Assembly: GCA_040757295.1 (NCBI GenBank)
Contig: JBFLXH010000006.1
Span: 23,300-87,299, forward strand
Direction of reading: 5' to 3'
DNA length: 64,000 bases
DNA from: Bacillota bacterium
Lineage (GTDB): Bacteria; Bacillota; PH28-bin88
Positions 27,988 through 36,894 of this stretch are shown one piece after another. Every line of letters begins with the position of its first letter. Positions within the stretch are counted from its first letter, which is position 1. Below the pieces are notes generated by a model that saw only the letters and a list, made by a program, of their open reading frames with translations, was not told the DNA's origin and did not search any database. Both the position numbers and the translations under genes were made by a program.

Positions 27988-29478
27988 ATGGCCAGGAGTA
28001 TCCTGTTTCAGCTGGTGGCCATTGGGGTGATCTCATTGATTTTTCCCCTTGGCTTTGCGATTTATGGCCTATACGCGGGTGCCGGCGTGGAAAGGCTGGC
28101 TGTGGAGGAGCGGGGGAGGCGTTTACAGGCCGTATTAGGGCTGGTTGAAAGCGGTTTAAGTGAAATTCCCAAGGAGGAAACCGGTGAGGTATTAGATGAA
28201 CGGGTAAAAGGAATCTTGAAAAAGAGTCTATCTAATTATTCAGGTGTCAGGGCAGGGGTTCTCCTTCTTCCTTCCCGCAGGGTAATCCTGGCAGGAGACC
28301 TGGACCGTTTTGACCACCGGCCAGAACCGTGGCCGCGGGAAGATGGAGATTTCATCCTGGAACGAAACCCGGTAGTCCTGCAAGCCTTAATGACCGGAGA
28401 ACGAGCTTCGGGACTGGTAGCTTTCTTTAAAGGAGAAAGATTGGTTCATGCAGTGCCGGTTTCCATAGCCAATGAAAAGGCAGTGGCCTGGACGGAAGAA
28501 ATGCTGCAGCCGGCTTTTGTCCATAACCGGGTTATGCGACAATGGGGTTTTATTTTATCTCTGCTCGGCCTGTCTGTTGCTTTTGCCAGCGCCCTCTACC
28601 TTTCCGGCAGGCTGGCCAGGGGTGTTAACCGGATCCAAAAGGGATTGGCATCCTTAAAGCATGACCTGAATTATCGTTTGCCCCCCATGTCGGGAGAACT
28701 GGGGCAGATTGCAGCGGCAATCAACCAGCTCGCCCGGGGGTTATTGGAAAGAGACCGGCTGGAACAACAATTGCAGCGCTCTACCCGCCTGGCTGCATTG
28801 GGGCACCTGACGGCCGGCGTAGCCCATGAGATGAGGAACCCTTTAGGCATTATCCGCGGCACCGCTCAGCTAATGTCGCAAGAATACAGCCACATACCAG
28901 GGTTGGCCCAGGACGTGGGAGTAATCCTGGAACAAGTAGACCGGCAAAACCGGGTGATCCGGGAGTTGCTGGATTTTGCCAGGCCTTCCCCTCCCCAGGT
29001 GCAGACACTTGATCTTAATGCTGTGCTGGAATCCGTACTGTTATTTAGCAGGAAATTCTTGCAGCAGAAGCAGGTTGAACTGATTACAAGACTTGACTAT
29101 GGAATCCCGCCAGTTCAGGCTGACGGTGAAAGAATCAAACAGGTTTTTCTCAACCTGTTATTGAATGCTGCAGAGGCCATGCCCGGGGGCGGTAGGATTA
29201 CCATTGAAACTAGCGGAAGTCCTGGAAGAGTAGTTGTCAGTTTTCGGGATACAGGACCGGGAATCAGTCCTGCTGATCTGCCCCACCTTTTTGACCCATT
29301 TTTCACTACAAAAAACGAAGGTACCGGATTGGGTTTGGCTATTTCACACCAAATTGTTACTTTGCATGGCGGGACAATCGAGGTTGAGCAGGGTAACCCC
29401 GGAGCAGTCTTTAGAGTAATCTTGCCTGCATTTGAAGAAGGGAGGAGCGGTGGTGGAACCCTTGATCCTGGCAATTGA
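27988..29478 (+). CDS. sensor histidine kinase (NtrB/AtoS-like, HAMP-HisKA-HATPase)
   Basis: H-box GHLTAGVAHEMRNPL and G-boxes DTGPGI / GTGLGLAISH, with two TM segments flanking an extracytoplasmic domain. Confidence 0.92.
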   Translation: MARSILFQLVAIGVISLIFPLGFAIYGLYAGAGVERLAVEERGRRLQAVLGLVESGLSEIPKEETGEVLDERVKGILKKSLSNYSGVRAGVLLLPSRRVILAGDLDRFDHRPEPWPREDGDFILERNPVVLQALMTGERASGLVAFFKGERLVHAVPVSIANEKAVAWTEEMLQPAFVHNRVMRQWGFILSLLGLSVAFASALYLSGRLARGVNRIQKGLASLKHDLNYRLPPMSGELGQIAAAINQLARGLLERDRLEQQLQRSTRLAALGHLTAGVAHEMRNPLGIIRGTAQLMSQEYSHIPGLAQDVGVILEQVDRQNRVIRELLDFARPSPPQVQTLDLNAVLESVLLFSRKFLQQKQVELITRLDYGIPPVQADGERIKQVFLNLLLNAAEAMPGGGRITIETSGSPGRVVVSFRDTGPGISPADLPHLFDPFFTTKNEGTGLGLAISHQIVTLHGGTIEVEQGNPGAVFRVILPAFEEGRSGGGTLDPGN

Positions 29479-30808
29479 CGATGAAGAGCATATGCGAAAT
29501 TTGCTGGAACGGGCCTTGCGGCCTCAGGCAAGGGTTATTTCTGCCGCTACCGGCCAGGAAGGGCTACACCTGGTTGAGAGGGAAGAACCTGCCCTGGTCC
29601 TGCTGGATATGCGGCTGCCTGATATGAATGGGATAGAAGTCTTAAAAATAATCAAAGAAAAGTCGCCCCGAATCCAGGTGATCATGATCACTGCCTATGG
29701 CTCCATCGATACCGCTATTGAGGCCATCAAAGCCGGAGCGGCAGACTACCTAACCAAGCCTTTTGATATTGAAGAACTGCGCCTGGTCGTTGGACGGAAC
29801 TTGCAGCTAAATGCCTTGGTTAAACAGGTGGAAATATTGCGAGAGGAAGTCCAATCAAGGCACCCGGACGAAATAGTAGGGGAGAGTGAGCCCACCAGGA
29901 TATTGCGCCGAACCATCGAACAGATTGCCGGTACCCAAGCTACAGTCCTGCTGACGGGGGAAAGCGGCACCGGCAAAGAAGTTGTGGCCAGGGCCATCCA
30001 CCGTAGCAGCCAGCGCAGGGATAAACCGCTGGTGGTAGTAAACTGTGCTGCCTTGCCCGAGCACCTGTTGGAAAGCGAATTGTTTGGTCATGAAAAAGGA
30101 GCTTTTACCGGCGCGGTGGCCAGGAAGCCGGGCAGGTTTGAACTGGCGGATGGGGGAACTATTTTCCTGGACGAGATTGGGGAAATGGCTCCCTTAATGC
30201 AGGCCAAGCTGTTACGGGTACTGCAGGATCGTTCCTTTGAAAGAGTTGGAGGAACAAAGACCATAAGAGTTGATGTGAGGGTAATCGCAGCTACAAACAG
30301 GAACTTGCCTGAGGCGATCCGTTCCGGATCTTTCAGAGAAGACCTATACTATCGTCTGAATGTGGTTCACCTGCACCTGGTCCCCCTTAGAGAAAGGAAG
30401 GAAGACATTCCTGCCCTTGCTCAATTCTTTTTAACCAAATTCGACGTCAGAAAAAAAATCAGGGAAATATCTACTGGGGCCATGAAAATGATGCAAGCAC
30501 ATCAATGGCCAGGCAATGTGAGAGAGCTGGAAAACGCCATTGAGCGTTCGCTGATTGTGGCTCCAGGTGAAGTGATCCTGCCTGAACACCTGCCTTTTGC
30601 AGCCGCCAGACCTGCAGGGAATGCATTAGAAAAGGACGACTATATTATCCGGTTTCCGCCAGAAGGAATTTCTCTGGATGAAGTAGAGCGAGGGCTGATC
30701 CTGGAGGCTCTCCGCCGAACTAACGGAAACAGGACAGTTGCGGCCAAATTGCTGGGCATCACCCGCTCTGCCCTGTTGTACCGCCTGGAAAAGCACGGAT
30801 TGCCCTGA
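29453..30808 (+). CDS. sigma-54-dependent response regulator (NtrC/AtoC family)
   Basis: Receiver domain (LLDMRLPDMNG), AAA+ domain with GESGTGKE and the GAFTGA loop (EKGAFTGA), and a C-terminal Fis-type HTH. The start is GTG after the GGGAGGAG RBS; the track start is TTG 29432. Confidence 0.93.
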   Translation: MEPLILAIDDEEHMRNLLERALRPQARVISAATGQEGLHLVEREEPALVLLDMRLPDMNGIEVLKIIKEKSPRIQVIMITAYGSIDTAIEAIKAGAADYLTKPFDIEELRLVVGRNLQLNALVKQVEILREEVQSRHPDEIVGESEPTRILRRTIEQIAGTQATVLLTGESGTGKEVVARAIHRSSQRRDKPLVVVNCAALPEHLLESELFGHEKGAFTGAVARKPGRFELADGGTIFLDEIGEMAPLMQAKLLRVLQDRSFERVGGTKTIRVDVRVIAATNRNLPEAIRSGSFREDLYYRLNVVHLHLVPLRERKEDIPALAQFFLTKFDVRKKIREISTGAMKMMQAHQWPGNVRELENAIERSLIVAPGEVILPEHLPFAAARPAGNALEKDDYIIRFPPEGISLDEVERGLILEALRRTNGNRTVAAKLLGITRSALLYRLEKHGLP

Positions 30809-30840
30809 GGATCAGTAGATTAAACAAGTCTTCGTCTAAG

Positions 30841-30872
30841 AATCTTGCAAGAAATTTGCAAGATTTTTTTAT
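30841..30872 (+). terminator. intrinsic terminator after the two-component genes
   Basis: Perfect 10-bp inverted repeat AATCTTGCAA-GAAAT-TTGCAAGATT followed by TTTTTATCTTTT. Confidence 0.7.
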
Positions 30873-31086
30873 CTTTTAAGAAATTTAAAATAATAATTAA
30901 TAATGGAACTATAACTTTTATTAATTGACACCTCCCCATCCCGTGAAATTTATGGTAAAATCAAATTAACTCATGTGAATATATTTACAAAAAGGCTATC
31001 GGGGGTGGTTCCTAAATAACCAGGCTAAATTCTACAGTGGCTTAAGGGCACCAGAACAGGGGAGTTAAACAAGGGGAGGTAAGGAA

Positions 31087-31872
31087 ATGGGTGAGAGTGA
31101 AAAGGCCCGGAGTATGTTGGGAAAAGAACTGCAGGAAAAAGTGGTTGATGGCTGTGAATGCATTGAATCAGGAGGGAACACCGGCTTTTTAAAGAGGCCC
31201 ACAACCAGACGGCGTTTTTTGAAACTGGGAGCTACTACTGTGGCGGGACTTGCCAGCATGTCCATGATAAGCGCCTTTATGGCTAACCCGGCTAATGCCG
31301 GTAAGGTTCCGGTAATCGTTAATTCTAAAGGAGTATTGTTGGCTGATCCGGCCCGCTGTGCTGCTTGTCGGCGCTGTGAGCTGGCCTGCACTGAATTTAA
31401 TAACGGTAAGTCTCACCCGGTGATTGCCAGGGTCAAGGTTTACCGTAATTTAAATTTCGGTCCCCAGGGCGGGCAGTACGGCTTTTATAATAGTCAGGGC
31501 GGCAAGTTTGGCAATTTGCGGGTAATCCAGGATACCTGTAAGCAGTGCCCCCATCCGGTTCCCTGTGCTGATGTTTGTCCACGGGGAGCCATTGAGGCAT
31601 CCCCAACAACAGGCGCCCGGGTGGTCAATCCGGAAAAGTGTGTTGGCTGCAAGATTTGTATGGCAGCTTGCCCGTGGGACATGATTTCCTATGACCCCGA
31701 TACCAAGAAGGCGACCAAGTGTTTCCTCTGCAACGGCAAGCCGGAGTGCGTGGCGGCCTGCCCAACCGGCGCTATCAAGTATATTAAGTGGCGTGACCTG
31801 ACCAAGCAAACCCCGCCCCGGGCGGCTGTGTACCGGCAAGCCCCTGATGCCAGCTGTGCTACATGTCATTAA
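31087..31872 (+). CDS. 4Fe-4S ferredoxin-type subunit with twin-arginine signal (YdhX/YdhY-like)
   Basis: TRRRFLKLGATTVAGLA Tat motif and several CxxCxxCxxxC clusters (CAACRRCELAC, CVGCKICMAACP, CFLCNGKPECVAACP). Confidence 0.9.
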   Translation: MGESEKARSMLGKELQEKVVDGCECIESGGNTGFLKRPTTRRRFLKLGATTVAGLASMSMISAFMANPANAGKVPVIVNSKGVLLADPARCAACRRCELACTEFNNGKSHPVIARVKVYRNLNFGPQGGQYGFYNSQGGKFGNLRVIQDTCKQCPHPVPCADVCPRGAIEASPTTGARVVNPEKCVGCKICMAACPWDMISYDPDTKKATKCFLCNGKPECVAACPTGAIKYIKWRDLTKQTPPRAAVYRQAPDASCATCH

Positions 31873-31949
31873 TCCATATTTTTTAGGAATTTTTTACCGT
31901 TGTGTGACAATATCGGTTGTTAAGGTTTAGAGAATGGGAGGAGTGAAGG

Positions 31950-34046
31950 ATGTCAGTATATGGTTGGTCTGGAAAGATTCTGCGGGTAGACTTAAGCACC
32001 GGCAGGATTTGGACAGAAAATACCCTGGAAAAGTATAAGGACTATTTAGGAGCTACAGGTATTGGCTACAAGGTCATGTGGGATGAGGTTCCTGTTGGGG
32101 TAAAAGCCTTTGATCCTGAAAACCGGATTATCTTTGGCGGTGGCCCATTAATTGGTTCTGGTTCCCCCTGCGGCGGCCGGGTAGCTATTACCTCCCTGTT
32201 TCCCACCAGTTACCCGGTGGAACTCATCGGCAGCGGCCACATGGGCGGGCACTGGGGGGCAGAATTAAAGTTTGCGGGCTGGGACGCCGTTATCATTCAG
32301 GGCAAGGCTGCCAACCCGGTTTGGTTATCCATTATGGATGACAAAGTAGAGATAAGGGATGCCCGTCAACTCTGGGGCAGCGGCATTTACCGGGCGACTG
32401 CCGAGATCTGTGCTGAAATGGGAGCCGAAGCCCAGGTAGCAGCCATTGGTCAAGCCGGCGAAAATCTGGTCCGGATGGCTTGTGTAATGACAGGTAATTC
32501 CCATTCTGCTGGTGGCATCGGTGGTGTAATGGGTTCCAAGAATTTAAAGGCCATCGGCGTCCGCGGTACCGGTAGTGTAAAAATAAAGGCCGATAAAAAG
32601 GAATGGAAGGAACTGGTAAACTATGTCCTGTCTCTGGCTGGCTCCAATAACCAGTGGGTAGTGCCCAGCACCCCGCAGCCGTGGGCGGAGTTTCACGCCT
32701 CCAACAGCCGCTGGACTGCCCGCAAAGGCCTCTTCTGGGGCGCAGCCAACCCCCCGGTAGAGACCGGCACCTGCGATCCTCGTGACATGAACAGCATCGG
32801 CTACCGCTGCCAAAAGGCTGTATTTGACCTGGGTCCCATTGCTGAACAGTTCACTGTCCGGATGGATGGCTGTCATTCCTGTCCTATCCGCTGCCATATG
32901 CAGATTTCTGTGCCCACTGCCGAGAAATATGGGGTATCCCGGTATGCGGCCAATACCTGTATCGGCTGGTGGGGCCGTGGCGTAATCAAGACTTATCCCG
33001 ACGGCGCGAGGGGGATGACTGCTCTTGAAGGGGCGGTTGTCGGTAAACACATGACTGATGACTATGGTGTGTGGTGCAATTATGGCCAGATCAACCGGGA
33101 CTTCCAGTATGCCTATGAAAAGGGTATTTTGAAAAAGGTGCTTAGTGAAAAGGAATACAAAAGCATTCCCTTTGATCTTTATGAAAAAGGTAGCCCCGAA
33201 TTCATCAAGGACTTTGTACGTAGGATTGCCTTCAGAGAAGGGGAATTTGGGTATGCCCTGGGCGAAGGATCTGCCCGCGTAGCGGAGAGGTGGGGCTTTG
33301 AGGAAGATTATTACGGTTACTCCTATAACATCTGGAACCGGAAGCTCGGTTATCCCAAGCACCACTCCACCGAAAACGGCGGGCAGGTGGGTGCATTAAT
33401 CAATTCCCAGTACAACCGGGATGCCCAGTGCCATTCCCATGTTAATTTCTATGCTTGCGGCCTGCCGCTTGAGATTCAAAAGCGCTTGGCAGCCGATGTG
33501 TTTGGCTCCGGCGATGCCATTGATGCTTACCGGAACTATACCCCGATGAATGTTTACAAGGCCAAGTTTGCCAAGTGGTCTCTGATCAGGAAAGAGCTTC
33601 ATGACAGCTTGCCCTTATGCAACTGGATGTTCCCCTGGATTGTTTCTCCTTTGAAGGAAAGAGGATATAAGGGAGATACTACCATTGAGGCTAAGTTGTA
33701 CTCTGCAGTAACCGGTGATAAGAAGAGCGAGGCTGAACTGGATCTGGTTGCCGAAAGAATTTTCAACCTGCACCGGGCCTTGACCATTCGTGGTATGGGC
33801 ACTAAAGACATGCGCAAAGAGCACGATCTGGTGCCTGACTGGGCCTATGACTACCCGAAGGATGCTAAACCCTTTACCGCTGGCCATGACAAGATGGACC
33901 GGGAAGATATGCAAAAAGCCTTTGATATGTTCTATAAAGAATGCGGTTGGGATGTAGCCACCGGCGCCCCCACCAAGGAAACATATCAGAAGCTGGGCCT
34001 GGGTTTTGTTGCCGACGAGCTGGGTAAATTGGGCCTGCTGCCCTAG
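31950..34046 (+). CDS. aldehyde:ferredoxin oxidoreductase (AOR) family pterin enzyme, YdhV-like
   Basis: 698-aa ORF. The GWSGKILRVDLSTG N-terminus, GSKNLKAI, SRWTARKGLFWGAA, CHSCPIRC and DKMDREDM stretches match my recollection of E. coli YdhV (about 700 aa). Confidence 0.9.
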   Translation: MSVYGWSGKILRVDLSTGRIWTENTLEKYKDYLGATGIGYKVMWDEVPVGVKAFDPENRIIFGGGPLIGSGSPCGGRVAITSLFPTSYPVELIGSGHMGGHWGAELKFAGWDAVIIQGKAANPVWLSIMDDKVEIRDARQLWGSGIYRATAEICAEMGAEAQVAAIGQAGENLVRMACVMTGNSHSAGGIGGVMGSKNLKAIGVRGTGSVKIKADKKEWKELVNYVLSLAGSNNQWVVPSTPQPWAEFHASNSRWTARKGLFWGAANPPVETGTCDPRDMNSIGYRCQKAVFDLGPIAEQFTVRMDGCHSCPIRCHMQISVPTAEKYGVSRYAANTCIGWWGRGVIKTYPDGARGMTALEGAVVGKHMTDDYGVWCNYGQINRDFQYAYEKGILKKVLSEKEYKSIPFDLYEKGSPEFIKDFVRRIAFREGEFGYALGEGSARVAERWGFEEDYYGYSYNIWNRKLGYPKHHSTENGGQVGALINSQYNRDAQCHSHVNFYACGLPLEIQKRLAADVFGSGDAIDAYRNYTPMNVYKAKFAKWSLIRKELHDSLPLCNWMFPWIVSPLKERGYKGDTTIEAKLYSAVTGDKKSEAELDLVAERIFNLHRALTIRGMGTKDMRKEHDLVPDWAYDYPKDAKPFTAGHDKMDREDMQKAFDMFYKECGWDVATGAPTKETYQKLGLGFVADELGKLGLLP

Positions 34047-34098
34047 TGTTGTCCTAGGCTGAAGTATCCTAGTGTATTGAATAAAGGAGGCCGGCATC

Positions 34099-34671
34099 AT
34101 GTCTGGTGAAGTAATAGCTGTGGATCATAAGAGCTTGGCAACAAAAATAGCAGAACGGGTAAGAGAGGATTCCCGGTTGACGGGAAAGCTTACCTCCATG
34201 GAAGTATTTTACGAAAGGCCGTATAGCCTGAAACCAGAAGAAACGGAAGATGTCCTGCGGCTTCTTATTGAGGCAGAGGAGCACAAAGATATCAATATTC
34301 TTAGAGACACTGATGCCGGCAAAGTCTATTTCTACGCTTCACCTTATATATGTGAAGCCTACGCCAAAAATCTCCTGCTGGCCGAAAGAAACAACCCCTA
34401 TGTGTTAATTGCGGAGACAGTGCGGGAGGAATCCCGGATGTATCCCCGCCCAACCTGTAGTATGTTGTTTCAACTGCCTCCCTATGAGCTAAACCTGGAT
34501 GACTTGCCTTTTTTCCTGGAGGAAATCAGGAAGAGGGAAGACATGCAGGATATTAAGTGGTTTAAGGCGTCTACTGATGTTTTATACCTTTACTCAGAGC
34601 GTTATATGTCTCTGGAGCACGCCAAAGGTCTGGCTGAGTGGGTAGAGGTCGAGCAGTTCGAGAATCAGTAA
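34099..34671 (+). CDS. YdhW-like accessory protein of unknown function
   Basis: 190-aa ORF. The C-terminus [29 protein letters not shown] resembles the E. coli YdhW C-terminus as I recall it. It has the same position, directly after the YdhV-like gene. Confidence 0.7.
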   Translation: MSGEVIAVDHKSLATKIAERVREDSRLTGKLTSMEVFYERPYSLKPEETEDVLRLLIEAEEHKDINILRDTDAGKVYFYASPYICEAYAKNLLLAERNNPYVLIAETVREESRMYPRPTCSMLFQLPPYELNLDDLPFFLEEIRKREDMQDIKWFKASTDVLYLYSERYMSLEHAKGLAEWVEVEQFENQ

Positions 34672-34703
34672 TAGCAGGAGATGCTAGATTTAAGGGGGAC
34701 AAC

Positions 34704-34925
34704 ATGTTTGGATTAATGCCGACAATCGGTCCATGGGAGCTTGTGTTGATCCTTGCTGTAGTCTTGGTGATATTTGGTCCTGGTAAGCTTCCGGGAGTAG
34801 GAAAGGCTATTGGAAGTACAATTAAGGAGTTCAGGAAGGCAAGTGGTGAGAACCATCATGAGCCACCGGCCAGTCTGGTTTCAAAGGAGAACAGTAAAGG
34901 GGAAATTGACAATAAGGCTGGTTAA
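34704..34925 (+). CDS. tatA: twin-arginine translocase TatA/TatE family protein
   Basis: [37 protein letters not shown]... is the canonical TatA TM + hinge (FGPxKLP). I use the internal ATG with an AAGGGGG RBS; the track ORF starts 66 nt earlier. Confidence 0.9.
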   Translation: MFGLMPTIGPWELVLILAVVLVIFGPGKLPGVGKAIGSTIKEFRKASGENHHEPPASLVSKENSKGEIDNKAG

Positions 34926-34957
34926 TCTGTCATATTGCTAATAGGGGGGACAATCAA

Positions 34958-35596
34958 GTGAAATCGAGAATATTGCTGGTTGCTGCTCTAGTTCTGGTGC
35001 TTTGCTTATTCCTTGGAACATCGGCTACGGTGGCTTCCGTTAGCATGGGCACCGATTGCTTCAAGGCAGGGTGTCATGAACCTGGCAAACCGCCGACCGC
35101 GGAAAGTGTGGTTAAGCCCAAGGCACCTGTGCCGGCTCCTGCTCCTGCCCCGGTTCCCAAAGCTGAACCGGCTAAAACAGAGAAAAAGCCTGAGCCTGCC
35201 GCTCCGGTGAAAAAGCCGGCTCCTGCTCTGAAAGCCCCCGCCCAGGTAACCAAGCTTGTCAGCATTTCGGCTTTTGGTAAGACCCAGGAGTTCCAAGGGA
35301 CGGTTGAAGGGAAAACTGTTTTGCTGCCGCTTAGGCAAGTGGCTGACCTGATGGGCGCAACCCTTGGCTGGGAACAGAAAACTGGCGTAGCCACTATTAA
35401 ATACGGCAACCAAGCGGCTACCATTTCCACAAAGCAAGCGGTGGCTACTGTTAATGGGCAACTAATTAACGTTGAGGCCAAAGGGAAAAATGTTGGCGGG
35501 CGGGTATGGGCACCCCTAAGTTTTGTCATTAAGGTCTTTGGCCAGCCTGTATCGGGCGACCCGCAAAAGGATGTTATTTTCAAAGAAGGTTTTTAA
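34958..35596 (+). CDS. secreted protein with Pro/Ala-rich linker and copper-amine-oxidase N-terminal-like (stalk) domain
   Basis: Signal peptide, a PAPAPAPVPKAEPAK linker, then TVLLPLRQVADLMGATLGWEQKTGVATI...VNGQLI...GRVWAPLSFV, typical of the Cu_amine_oxidN1 fold. Confidence 0.7.
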   Translation: MKSRILLVAALVLVLCLFLGTSATVASVSMGTDCFKAGCHEPGKPPTAESVVKPKAPVPAPAPAPVPKAEPAKTEKKPEPAAPVKKPAPALKAPAQVTKLVSISAFGKTQEFQGTVEGKTVLLPLRQVADLMGATLGWEQKTGVATIKYGNQAATISTKQAVATVNGQLINVEAKGKNVGGRVWAPLSFVIKVFGQPVSGDPQKDVIFKEGF

Positions 35597-35642
35597 GAGG
35601 TAGCTCCTAAACAAGCCACCCAGGCGTACTTTCTCAGTAAGA

Positions 35643-35674
35643 GTAAACCCCTGCCCAATCAGGCAGGGGTTTAC
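35643..35674. terminator. bidirectional intrinsic terminator
   Basis: Perfect 13-bp stem GTAAACCCCTGCC-CAATCA-GGCAGGGGTTTAC. The flanking T-tracts are only weak and interrupted: TGCTGCTTTATATT on the plus side and TCTTACTGAGAAAGT downstream on the minus strand. Confidence 0.8.
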
Positions 35675-35701
35675 TGCTGCTTTATATTGGAAACAGAAGG
35701 G

Positions 35702-35915
35702 CTACTTGAACACTGCGCCATTCATGGCGGAAGTCACCTGGTTGGCGTACCTCTCCAGGCAGCTGCCTTTTGGGATGTCTTTCTGGAAAGGCACAAAACC
35801 TTCCCTGCGGCGGGCCAGCTCTTCATCGCCGACCAGCACGTTTGCCTTGCCGTTGATAATGTCAATTTCCACGATGTCACCCTCTTGAATTAGGGCTAGA
35901 ATCGCCGCACTGCTG
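35702..35915 (-). pseudogene. C-terminal relic of dihydroxy-acid dehydratase (IlvD/Edd family)
   Basis: Reverse translation gives ...AAILALIQEGDIVEIDIINGKANVLVGDEELARRREGFVPFQKDIPKGSCLERYANQVTSAMNGAVFK*. Only the last ~70 residues of an IlvD-type protein are present. Confidence 0.65.
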
Positions 35916-35924
35916 CTGCAGGCA

Positions 35925-36134
35925 AAAGCTGCAAAACTGCGGGAAATTTTTTGGTTCTGTCAGGAGGCGACCTTTTGCATCCACCAGGGTTACCCCTAGC
36001 CCTACACTTAAGGCAAACTTTTCCGTAATAGCCTCGAGGCTAACCAGCTGAGTGATTTCCTCCAGATCGATATCGTCTATTGTTGAAGGCTCTCCCAGTG
36101 CAATGGGCAGAGTAGGGTAGACAATACTCATCAT
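35925..36134 (-). pseudogene. N-terminal relic of a PocR-type sensory domain protein
   Basis: ...ITQLVSLEAITEKFALSVGLGVTLVDAKGRLLTEPKNFPQFCSFC fits the PocR ligand-binding domain pattern. The reading frame then runs into the IlvD relic and stops. Confidence 0.45.
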
Positions 36135-36256
36135 TCAAATTCAACTCCTGGACAGACGGCTTAAACGCGAAAAAATTTCTAGATAACTTTTTATTTATCC
36201 TGCCGGAAGGTTTTGCCGTCTGGTAAATAATCTGCCTGAGGAGGGGTGCGCGGAAG

Positions 36257-36535
36257 TTTATCACATATGGCTACCCGCTCTTAAGCCTACGCTTCTTTAA
36301 AGCGGCGGGAAATGCTCGGCAAAGGAAAAATATTAAAATCAATGAAGCCGAGCATGAAATTCGCTTTCAGGCCACGTTAAATTAATGTATACTCGGCAAG
36401 GGATAAAATTGCATTATCATAATGAAGCCGAGTATGAAATTCGCTTTGAGGCCACGGTAAATCAATGAATAATTAATGGCCTCGCTCATTATATAATTTG
36501 TGGCCTGGCTCATTAAAAGAACGGCTACGCCCCTG
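36257..36535 (+). mobile_element. TIR-bounded hairpin-repeat element (B/C type) carrying a nested unit A
   Basis: Left TIR TTTATCACATATGGCTACCCGCTC (36257-36280). The right end is degenerate (GAACGGCTACGCC, about 36519-36531). The second hairpin CAGGCCAC(36368)/GTGGCCTG(36500) is split by the insert. Confidence 0.85.
36388..36493 (+). mobile_element. nested unit A copy flanked by TATA on both sides
   Basis: TATA-CTCGGCAAGGGATAAAATTGCATT...AATGGCCTCGCTCAT-TATA sits inside the loop that is uninterrupted in the copy at 58585-58620. Confidence 0.85.
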
Positions 36536-36894
36536 CATTAACTGGCCCCGCACGAGCGGGGGTCACAATCCCCCTCTGAAGCCAAGACCCAGGTGAACAC
36601 CTTTTCCTTCTTTGCCGGAGAAGTTTTCCTTAAAAAGGACAACTCCTGCCTGTATATTTGTTCTAGGTTGTTGAAATCTTGTCTATCTCCATCAAGTCTC
36701 CAATTCTTGGTTAATAAAATTAGTGCATGGAGGAAATGAAAAAAACATAAAGGCTAACTTTGTTGCTTTTGATAGGCAGTCCGGGGTTTAAGTGGGGAGG
36801 ATTTTTTTGTAAATGGGCGAATTTTTTTTGAACAGCGTTCGTTAAACCAGGGCCTGGTTTAAATCTATGGTAGAATAAGAAAGGGTGATAATAC

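Noticed and set aside
30841-30865. The perfect palindrome AATCTTGCAA-N5-TTGCAAGATT as an enhancer site for the NtrC-type regulator upstream of the AOR cluster.
   Set aside because: It is followed directly by a T-run and sits 33 nt after the regulator's stop, so it fits an intrinsic terminator. No -24/-12 promoter could be found between it and 31087.
32544-33365. Long antisense ORFs inside well-supported genes: 32544-33365, 9578-10228, 27230-27787, 47121-47753, 56506-57294 and 35074-35583 (all minus strand).
   Set aside because: Each lies entirely opposite a gene with clear family motifs. Their translations are low-complexity (Pro/Gly/Arg/Ser-rich) with no recognisable domains or RBS. They are shadow ORFs.
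35057-35077. CFKAGCH in the secreted stalk-domain protein as a possible variant (CX4CH) haem c binding site linking it to the exported AOR complex.
   Set aside because: It is a single non-canonical motif in an otherwise non-cytochrome protein, with no other CXXCH motif and no cytochrome maturation genes nearby. This is insufficient evidence.
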